NCBI GenBank assembly: GCA_046483495.1 | Contig: JAWODC010000055.1 | Location: forward strand, 1 to 10,864 | Length of the DNA stretch: 10,864 bases | Source of the DNA: Desulfobacterales bacterium | GTDB lineage: Bacteria > Desulfobacterota > Desulfobacteria > Desulfobacterales > UBA5616 | Direction of reading: 5' to 3' | Part shown: one piece after another, positions 1-6,403 of the stretch | How positions within the stretch are numbered: position 1 is the stretch's first letter | How the letters are laid out: every line of letters begins with the position of its first letter | Position numbers and translations under genes: made by a program | Notes under the pieces: model-generated | Databases searched by the model: none | What the model saw: the letters and a program-made list of their open reading frames with translations, nothing else | Told to the model about the DNA's origin: nothing

Positions 1-166
1 AACAGCTCACACAATGCCTTGCTCCCACAAAGTCCGCCAGCGCCTTTTCAAATTCCTGCACCTCGGGACCCATGATGTACTTGCCGTGCTGCAGCACATC
101 TTGAATTCTTTTGTCTATCTGGTCTTTGATCCTTTTCTGTTGGGCGGATAAGTCTATGAATTGCAT
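1..166 (-). CDS. DegT/DnrJ/EryC1/StrS family PLP-dependent sugar aminotransferase (WbpE-like), N-terminal part, truncated by window edge
   Basis: Not in the ORF track. Manual translation from ATG at 166 gives MQFIDLSAQQKRIKDQIDKRIQDVLQHGKYIMGPEVQEFEKALADFVGARHCVSC, which carries the family N-terminal motifs FIDL and G.YI.GPEV..FE..LA. An SD-like AAAGGAAG lies upstream. Confidence 0.93.
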   Translation of the reverse strand, partial: MQFIDLSAQQKRIKDQIDKRIQDVLQHGKYIMGPEVQEFEKALADFVGARHCVSC

Positions 167-252
167 ATTTCTTCCTTTCTTGTCCTCTGTCACCACGAAG
201 GTTTTAAAAACCAAAAAAAACAAAAAATTCACCACGAAGTTAATCCGTGCAA

Positions 253-258
253 AGTCAA
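253..258 (-). promoter_or_regulatory. -35 half (TTGACT) of circle-junction promoter; the -10 half (TATGAG) is at 2006-2001
   Basis: Joining the IS ends through one CTT gives TTGACT-ttgcacggattaacttg(17 nt)-TATGAG, pointing into the putative bridge RNA and transposase. Confidence 0.7.
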
Positions 259-332
259 GTAAAAAATTTATGTATAATCGGGTTTACCAAGGTTTACCCA
301 GCATATATTGCTCTTTGAAAATTCGGTAAAGG

Positions 333-1733
333 CTATACTTTAGCAAGCACATCTGATAATATGGAGCCTATGTGGGCGGGGGCTGAGATCCCGCGCTTAG
401 TGTCGTTAACACTTTGGGACTGCTCCCGCTCCACTCTTTTCTTGCGTTGCCGCCTGGATACCGGGGCAGCGGGATTGTAGTCTTTAAAACGACGTTCTTT
501 TCTTTCCCTCCCGGTCGCTGCTATGGCCTGTAGCAGGCGCTCTCTGTTAGCCCTGTCGATTTTTGGATCGAACGCGGTGTTATTCTTCAGCATTCCAAAA
601 ACAATCCTAAGAATTTTGTGCATGCAAATACCGATAGCATCCATTTTTTTTCTTCCCTGATGGATATGGTATTCGTACAAAGGCTTAATAACGGGATTTT
701 TATGGATAGCCGATAGAGCAACGTTAAATAGAATCTTGCGGGGAGCCTTGCGGCCTTGTTTGCTCATTTTGTAACCGCCGCTGCCGTCTCCACTGATTTT
801 ATAGACCGGATGCACTCCCCAGAACGAGGCGAGCTTTTTAACGCTTTTAAAGCGCGCTACCGACTCCATTTCGAGGATCAAACCGATTGCCGATTTGTCG
901 CCGATGCCTACAAACGTTTTCAGCAGTTCGACTTCGGGCAGATCGCAAGCACTGATCATCAGTTCGTTCTGGGCGGCAATCGTTTTTTTAAGATGCAAGA
1001 TCTGTTTGGCTGTGGCGCTGACCAGCTGACTGCTCACCTCATCGGTGCCAGAGGCCACTGAACGCTTTGCGTTGGCTATCAGCTGCTGTGCGCGCTGCAT
1101 TGTGATATAGGGGATCCTGACCAACGTTTTGGCGCGGGCTCTTTTCACCTGCCTTGCTGTAGGGTAATCGGTCAGCAGCCTTAACAGCCAGTCCGGCAGA
1201 CCGTCCTGGCAAAAAGACAGCAACTCCGGATGGGCCGTATATAAAAGACTGTTGAGTTGGTTTCGAAATTGGGTGCTTTGCTTGGTCAACATTTCGATAA
1301 AGCCCCATTGCTTTCGAAGCGAGGCCATGGGGTCGTGGTGCTGATAGGTCACCTTTTCCGGGTGCGCCACCAGGTACTCGGCAATATTTTGCGCACTGAT
1401 TTTATCGGTTGTGTTGCGCTTTAGATCCGCTTTGCTGTTATGGGCTACGCCCAATGGATTTAAACGAGCGGTTTTGATGTTCAACGAGGCCTGGAATCGG
1501 GTCAATGCATTGTACCAGTTGTTTTCGTACCCGCCGGTGCTTTCCATGGCCGCATGCAGGGTCGCTTTTGGATGGCGGTTTAAGAATTCCTGTAAAATGC
1601 CGTGCAACCGGTTGTGCGAGTCAAACGTATCGTCGAGTTGAAAGCTGTCGATCATGGGTTGTTTTTTCTGGTTGATGATCACGAAATCCGCGTACCCTTT
1701 ACTTACATCGATACCGAGGTAGAATGATTCCAT
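333..1733 (-). CDS. IS110 family transposase/recombinase (DEDD_Tnp_IS110 + Transposase_20 domains), 466 aa
   Basis: Motifs are GIDVSK (D9), MESTGGY (E64), LNP, TDKISA (D110) and the C-terminal ASFWGVHP...ISG (S314)...MSKQG...RKILF. A strong SD AGGAGG lies at 1742-1747. Confidence 0.96.
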   Translation of the reverse strand: MESFYLGIDVSKGYADFVIINQKKQPMIDSFQLDDTFDSHNRLHGILQEFLNRHPKATLHAAMESTGGYENNWYNALTRFQASLNIKTARLNPLGVAHNSKADLKRNTTDKISAQNIAEYLVAHPEKVTYQHHDPMASLRKQWGFIEMLTKQSTQFRNQLNSLLYTAHPELLSFCQDGLPDWLLRLLTDYPTARQVKRARAKTLVRIPYITMQRAQQLIANAKRSVASGTDEVSSQLVSATAKQILHLKKTIAAQNELMISACDLPEVELLKTFVGIGDKSAIGLILEMESVARFKSVKKLASFWGVHPVYKISGDGSGGYKMSKQGRKAPRKILFNVALSAIHKNPVIKPLYEYHIHQGRKKMDAIGICMHKILRIVFGMLKNNTAFDPKIDRANRERLLQAIAATGRERKERRFKDYNPAAPVSRRQRKKRVEREQSQSVNDTKRGISAPAHIGSILSDVLAKV

Positions 1734-1761
1734 TGAGCGGTCCTCCTTTTTCAGTCAAATG

Positions 1762-1994
1762 GGAGCCAGGTAACATCAGCCTTGTAAATATGCGGTGTCA
1801 TGCACCAGGTTAATCCCCGATTTTACCCTGGCGGTTGGAAGAAACTTCGTGACGGGTTCGAGACCCACTACACGACCCTTCTCAACTCCAGGCTATAGAC
1901 TTTGCCGAAAAAAGAAAACCCAGAAATTTTTTACATTTCGGTGTGGGGGGGACACCCCCCACACCCCCCGTTAAAAATAATTTTTTATGTTTGA
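1762..1994 (-). ncRNA. Putative bridge RNA of the IS110 element (ends approximate)
   Basis: Two stem/internal-loop/hairpin modules. Target loop 1834-1886 has guides UCGUG(U) (1875-1870) and CACGAAG (1851-1845). Donor loop 1765-1832 has guides GGAUUAAC (1816-1809) and UACAAG (1786-1781). A 5' hairpin lies at 1940-1965. The 5' end is inferred from the junction promoter. Confidence 0.85.
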
Positions 1995-2008
1995 ACTTTA
2001 CTCATACA

Positions 2009-2172
2009 AGCACGAAGAACACGAAGATTTTTTTGCTTCCAGCAAAAAAGGTGGGCCGGCGCAAGCGGGCCACCCGCCGCAGCGATCAGCCAAGGCGGAA
2101 TTGTTATGATTCGTTTTGATTCGTGGACAATTTCTTCCTTATCGTGAGCGCAGCGAACGATCAGAAACCAAT
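2009..2172 (+). repeat. Repeat A copy 1 (about 165 bp, multi-hairpin), split from its 5' end (228-239) by the IS110
   Basis: Aligns with 6039-6204 with about 7 differences by eye. Confidence 0.92.
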
Positions 2173-2288
2173 GGTGAAAGGGGCGATGTCGCGCCAATTC
2201 TTTTCTGCTCCAATGCCGTTTCTTTCAAGTTAGAACGGGCGGGGATGAAAGGCCGCCGACAACCGGTCACCTTCAGGTGAGGATATAA

Positions 2289-2402
2289 AATAAAGCACCG
2301 ATACAATTCAATTTGTTAAACCGTGAAATCCGTGTTTACCCTGTGAAACCCGTCTTTTTGTTTTCATCGGGGTCTAAAAAAGCTTTTTAAAATAGAACCG
2401 AT
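2289..2402 (-). repeat. Repeat C core, inverted copy
   Basis: The reverse complement aligns with 4175-4289 and shares GATGAAAACAAAAAGACGGGTTTCACAGGGTAAACACGGATT exactly. Confidence 0.92.
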
Positions 2403-2406
2403 ACCG

Positions 2407-2433
2407 AAAAGTTTAAATGTTAAGAACGTCCCT
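2407..2433 (+). repeat. Repeat B (27 bp), solo copy
   Basis: AAAAGTTTAAATGTTAAGAACGTCCCT is identical to 6375-6401 and to the reverse complement of 5880-5906. Confidence 0.95.
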
Positions 2434-2523
2434 TTTTATATTTCTGTATACGTCTGTGTAGGTCTGTGGCTAACCACCCCGCTTTCGCATATTATTTGTT
2501 TTTTCAAAAGGAGCCGGATCGAC

Positions 2524-4155
2524 ATGATAACTTCTACACAAACCAGTGCACAAGCCCTCGCGAATGTAAAAGAAATCGACGAAAACGAATTCGTAATGAA
2601 CGCCACCCTCCGAATCTGCTCCAGCCTGGACCCGGATATCGCGCTGGAAAATCTTCTGTTATATTTGAAAGATTATATTCCGGTCGCCGGCATTCACCTG
2701 GGGCATATCGACGCCATTGCAAACGGGTTTCGCTTCCCGGCATGGGCCACCATCAACAACACCAAGCGCCCGAAGCCGTTCGTCAAGATTCCAAAGCATT
2801 TGAGGGAGCGCGTTTACCGTTTCTGGGAAATGAAGAACCGGTTCGAAGTCATCAACTATGATGACATCAAAAGCCCCCAGCTCAAGGAAATCGTCGAACT
2901 GGCCTGGCCGATGACCTCGAGGCTCACCATGAGACTGGACATGAACGGGCAGCGCATCGGAGCCCTGGGCCTTTTCATGCAGGGGAAGGACCGCTTCACG
3001 GACCGCCATCTCCGATTAGTGCTCAAGCTGCATGACCCCATCGCCATGGCCATGTCGAACGCACTGAAGTACCAGGAGATCAAAAAGCTGAAGGAAGATA
3101 TCACGGATGACAACCGCTATCTCAGGGAACAACTATTCAAAATTTCAGGCGATGAGATTGTCGGGAGCCATTCCGGCTTAAGGCAGGTGGTTCGCAAAAT
3201 CGAGCAGGTGGCCCGGTTGGACACGCCGGTTCTGCTGCTGGGGGAGACCGGGGTGGGAAAGGAAGTCATCGCCAATACGCTTCACAAGGCGTCCACGAGA
3301 AAAGACGGCCCTTTCATCAAGGTGAACTGCGGGGCGATACCGGATTCGCTGATCGACAGCGAACTGTTCGGCTATGAAAAGGGGGCGTTCACCGGGGCGG
3401 TGACGCAAAAACGGGGAAGGTTCGAGCAGGCGCACAACGGCACCATTTTTTTAGATGAAATCGGGGAGCTTACCACCTCTGCACAGGTTCGATTGCTGCG
3501 GATACTCGAAAACATGGAGATCGTCCGCGTGGGCGGCGGCGTTCCCATCAAGGTCAATATCCGGGTGATCAGCGCCACGAACAAGGACCTGGAAGAAATG
3601 GTGGCCACGGGGGCGTTTCGGGAGGATTTGTACTTTCGTTTGAACGTATTTCCCATCGTGATTCCGCCGCTCAGGCAGCGGAAAAACGACATACCGCTGT
3701 TGATCAATTACTTCATCAAGAAAAAGCGCATCGAGCTGAATATCGGCAAGAACATCAAACCGGCGCCGGATATGTTCGAAACACTCAGGGACTACAGCTG
3801 GCCCGGAAATGTCCGGGAGCTTGAAAACCTTGTCGAACGCTCGCTGATCGAGGCCAACGGGAATCCGGCGTCGGAATACCTCCACTTGATACCCTCCGGC
3901 AAAAAAAACGGCAGGACCGGCGGCGGCCGGCTGTTCGTGGAACATAAGATCCTCAGCCTGGACGAGGCCGTCAGGCGCCACATCGAGGCCGCCATGGCGG
4001 CGGCGTGCGGAAAAGTCGAAGGGGCAGGCGGTGCTGCGGAGCTGCTCGATGTCCACCCGAGCACGCTTCGGGCGAAAATGCGGAAGCTGGGGATTCCTCA
4101 TGGGCGCGTAAAAAATCGGACAGGGTCTGCTTTTTTGGTGAACAGTGAACAGTGA
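2524..4155 (+). CDS. Sigma54-dependent transcriptional activator (GAF-like + AAA+ + Fis-type HTH; FhlA/NifA-like architecture)
   Basis: Motifs are Walker A GETGVGKE, SELFGYEKGAFTGA, FLDEIGEL, FREDLYFRLNV, WPGNVREL and the C-terminal GAAELL...STLRAKMRKLGI. SD AGGAG lies at 2509-2513. Confidence 0.95.
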   Translation: MITSTQTSAQALANVKEIDENEFVMNATLRICSSLDPDIALENLLLYLKDYIPVAGIHLGHIDAIANGFRFPAWATINNTKRPKPFVKIPKHLRERVYRFWEMKNRFEVINYDDIKSPQLKEIVELAWPMTSRLTMRLDMNGQRIGALGLFMQGKDRFTDRHLRLVLKLHDPIAMAMSNALKYQEIKKLKEDITDDNRYLREQLFKISGDEIVGSHSGLRQVVRKIEQVARLDTPVLLLGETGVGKEVIANTLHKASTRKDGPFIKVNCGAIPDSLIDSELFGYEKGAFTGAVTQKRGRFEQAHNGTIFLDEIGELTTSAQVRLLRILENMEIVRVGGGVPIKVNIRVISATNKDLEEMVATGAFREDLYFRLNVFPIVIPPLRQRKNDIPLLINYFIKKKRIELNIGKNIKPAPDMFETLRDYSWPGNVRELENLVERSLIEANGNPASEYLHLIPSGKKNGRTGGGRLFVEHKILSLDEAVRRHIEAAMAAACGKVEGAGGAAELLDVHPSTLRAKMRKLGIPHGRVKNRTGSAFLVNSEQ

Positions 4156-4341
4156 ACAGTGAACGGGCCAGTGGATTGGTTCTATTTTATAAAAAACATT
4201 TTAGACCCTGATGAAAACAAAAAGACGGGTTTCACAGGGTAAACACGGATTGCACTGTTTAAAAAATTACATCGGATCGGTGCTTTATTGTATGTTTCAC
4301 CATGTTTTTATCTCACTACGAATATTACAAGAAGTACGAAT
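4138..4341 (+). repeat. Repeat C copy, starting with four GTGAAC(A) units
   Basis: Near-identical to 8018-8214, with a few substitutions and one extra heptamer. Confidence 0.95.
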
Positions 4342-4387
4342 TTTTAAATCAGGAAAAGCCATCTGACGCCGCCGATCCGCCGCCCCG

Positions 4388-4418
4388 TTTAGAATTTGGA
4401 ATTTAGAATTTCGAATTT
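4388..4418. repeat. Heptamer tandem array (TTTNGAA)x4
   Basis: Reads tttagaa tttggaa tttagaa tttcgaa ttt. It is preceded by CGCCGCCGAT...CCGTTT, as at 8304-8348. Confidence 0.85.
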
Positions 4419-4464
4419 GTTCACCCTTTTTCACCAAATACCGAACCACCCGCCCCCGCACTCC
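4418..4464 (-). pseudogene. Duplicated fragment of the 3' end of the O-antigen ligase-like gene (RGRVVRYLVKKGEQ)
   Basis: 4418-4460 matches 8452-8494 at 41/43 nt, and both differences are synonymous Val third positions. Confidence 0.85.
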
Positions 4465-4471
4465 TTTCTGC

Positions 4472-4499
4472 TTGCAATCCTCACGGGTTTGGATATAAT
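4472..4499 (+). promoter_or_regulatory. Candidate sigma70 promoter for the 4Fe-4S protein gene
   Basis: TTGCAA-N16-TATAAT, about 220 nt upstream of the likely start codon. Confidence 0.55.
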
Positions 4500-4720
4500 C
4501 CTTTCTATCATTTCTCGACAGGCATGCAGACCTGTCTGCCATCACTGTCATCGCTATCGGAGCAGGACACGATATCCCGGTTTCCAGAGATCGTAACCCG
4601 GTTTACACAGACAAGGACTTGCCCGGTGATCATCGGATCGGTTCCATGTTACCGGGCCAATGGACCATTCGAAATTCGACGAAACCTTTTTTCATGCAGC
4701 AACCCATCGGGAGGTGCACC

Positions 4721-5779
4721 ATGGCTGACAATGTTTACAAACGGCTCAGGGAATTTTTAGACCGGCTGCCGGCAGGGTTTCCGGAAACCCCGGACGGCGT
4801 TGAAATCAAGCTGCTGAAAAAGATGTTTACGCCGGAACAGGCCGAATTGGTTATGAACCTGACGAGCACGCCGGAAACGGTTGCCGAAATCGCATCCCGG
4901 ACGGGTATGGACGAGCGCCGGCTGGCCGAACAGCTCGAGCAGATGTGCAAGGACGGCCTGATCTTCCGCGTCCGGGAGGGAGATACCCCGAAGTACCAGG
5001 CATTCCAGTTCCTCATCGGCTTGTATGAATTTCAGGTCAACCGTCTGGACAGGGAGTTCTGCGAACTGTTCGAAGCGTACATGCCCCACATCGGGTTGTC
5101 CATGGCGTCTCTGCCCAAACAGTTGAGGGTGGTTCCCGTGGAATCATCCCTTGCGGGTTATCCCGAGGTGGCCCCGTACAACCGGATTCGTGAAATGGTC
5201 GACAAAGAAGAGGTCATCTCTGTCACCGATTGCATCTGCAAAAAGGAACAGGGCATCTTAGGCAATCCCTGCTCCAAACCCATGGAGGTCTGCATAATGT
5301 TCGGCGATTGGGCCCGGTTTTATGTAGAGAACGGCAATGCCAGGCAGATCGACGGGGCCGAGGCCGACAAGATTCTCGATCTGGCCGAAGAAAACGGCCT
5401 GGTGCTGCAAATCGGTAACTCCCAGGACATGCTGGCGATATGCTGCTGCTGCGCCTGCTGCTGTCCGGGGCTCAAAAACATCAAGCTTTTTCCGAATCCC
5501 GGCGAACTGGTGATGTCCTATTACCGCTCTGTTATTGACGGCGAACTGTGCACCGGGTGCGGTGAGTGCATCGAGATCTGCCCCATGGACGCCATTGAAG
5601 ACAAAGACGGCATTTCGTTGGTGTCGGACCCAAGGTGCATCGGATGCGGGTTGTGCGTCAACCGCTGTCCGGTGGAAGCCATCGCTCTTGTAGAACGCGG
5701 GGATAAAACCGACGCACCGCCCCGGACCTTTCAAGACCTCACGGACAGCATCGCCGCCCAACGGGGGGTGCAACCGTAA
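4721..5779 (+). CDS. 4Fe-4S dicluster (ferredoxin-like) protein with N-terminal winged-helix-like region, 352 aa
   Basis: Two CxxCxxCxxxCP motifs (CTGCGECIEICP, CIGCGLCVNRCP), an extra Cys cluster CIC...C...C, and ICCCCACCC. The start is placed at ATG 4721 because of GGAGGT at 4710-4715. Confidence 0.9.
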   Translation: MADNVYKRLREFLDRLPAGFPETPDGVEIKLLKKMFTPEQAELVMNLTSTPETVAEIASRTGMDERRLAEQLEQMCKDGLIFRVREGDTPKYQAFQFLIGLYEFQVNRLDREFCELFEAYMPHIGLSMASLPKQLRVVPVESSLAGYPEVAPYNRIREMVDKEEVISVTDCICKKEQGILGNPCSKPMEVCIMFGDWARFYVENGNARQIDGAEADKILDLAEENGLVLQIGNSQDMLAICCCCACCCPGLKNIKLFPNPGELVMSYYRSVIDGELCTGCGECIEICPMDAIEDKDGISLVSDPRCIGCGLCVNRCPVEAIALVERGDKTDAPPRTFQDLTDSIAAQRGVQP

Positions 5780-5955
5780 ATTGAAGGAAAGGAGAAAAGC
5801 CGAATGCCACCCGCCGGAAGATCCCATGTGTTTGTCCGAACGGCCGCCGGGGACCTTCGCCCCGTTGGGCAGTAGGAACAGGGACGTTCTTAACATTTAA
5901 ACTTTTACCTTCGTTGGGTTCTACAGCGATAGAAGACGAACCCTGCTCACTCCAA

Positions 5956-6012
5956 ATCGGGATCGGGATCGGGATCGAAAATCAAAATAGAAAATTCGAT
6001 CCCGATCCTGAT
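5956..6012. repeat. Hexamer-based hairpin (ATCGGG)n...(CCCGAT)n
   Basis: 5962-5979 pairs with 5995-6012 over 18 bp with one G-T pair. Confidence 0.85.
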
Positions 6013-6026
6013 GAAACGCGTTTTTT

Positions 6027-6204
6027 TTCACCACGAAGAGCACAAAGAACACGAAGATTTTTTTTGCTTCCAGCAAAAAAGGTGGGCCGGCGCAATCGGG
6101 CCACCCGCCGCAGCGATCAGCCAAGGCGGAATTGTTATTATTCGTTTTGATTCGTGGACGATTTCTTCCTGATCGTGAGCGCAGCGAACGATCAGACAAC
6201 CAAT
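6027..6204 (+). repeat. Repeat A copy 2 (uninterrupted)
   Basis: Begins TTCACCACGAAGAGCACAAAGAACACGAAG and continues as in 2009-2172. Its head is inverted relative to 6322-6349. Confidence 0.92.
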
Positions 6205-6403
6205 ACCTTTCTGCTTATCGCACACCAATTACAGGTCCGAACCAAATCAGGCCCCGGATAGATTTTATTTCGATTAATTTCATTTAACACGAAGGTGTGT
6301 TAACAATTATTTTTTCGTTTTTCTTCGTGCTCTTCGTGCTTCGTGGTGAGATAAAAAATAAAGAACCGATCCCTAAAAGTTTAAATGTTAAGAACGTCCC
6401 TTT

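Larger units (their letters stand above)
237..2010 (-). mobile_element. Complete IS110-family insertion sequence (bridge-recombinase element) inserted in a CACGAAG-type repeat
   Basis: AAG (CTT on the - strand) occurs at both 237-239 and 2008-2010. Removing the element plus one core restores TTCACCACGAAGCACGAAGAACACGAAGA, whose reverse complement matches 6322-6349 at 27/28 nt. There is an imperfect subterminal IR (251-268 vs 1979-1999, with TAAAAAATT perfect). The long non-coding end lies upstream of the transposase. Confidence 0.92.
5880..6401. mobile_element. MITE-like/REP-composite non-coding element with perfect 27-bp terminal inverted repeats
   Basis: 5880-5906 is the reverse complement of 6375-6401. 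The interior holds nested IRs and repeat A. No target-site duplication is visible, so mobility is not shown. Confidence 0.6.

Noticed and set aside
237..239. AAG at both IS ends as a classical 3-bp target-site duplication
   Set aside because: IS110 elements recombine through a shared core. CT followed by T in both target and donor explains it, although a 2-nt versus 3-nt core cannot be resolved from one copy.
273..278. + strand TATAAT inside the IS end, a possible antisense promoter
   Set aside because: No -35 at the right spacing and no TGn extension; the context is AT-rich.
111..329. 72-aa + strand ORF
   Set aside because: It overlaps the DegT start on the opposite strand, crosses the IS boundary and is made of low-complexity repeat sequence.
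1985..2197. Similar short ORFs at 1985-2197 and 6028-6228, plus 5914-6150 and 5921-6199
   Set aside because: Their similarity comes from repeat A. Starts and stops differ between copies, and one ORF crosses the IS boundary.
4619..4720. 34-aa N-terminal extension of the 4Fe-4S ORF (TTG start)
   Set aside because: The strong SD precedes ATG 4721, and the extension does not look like family sequence.
3451..5896. 216-aa (3451-4101) and 212-aa (5258-5896) - strand ORFs and other nested short ORFs
   Set aside because: They lie antisense to, or out of frame within, well-supported genes and show no motifs.
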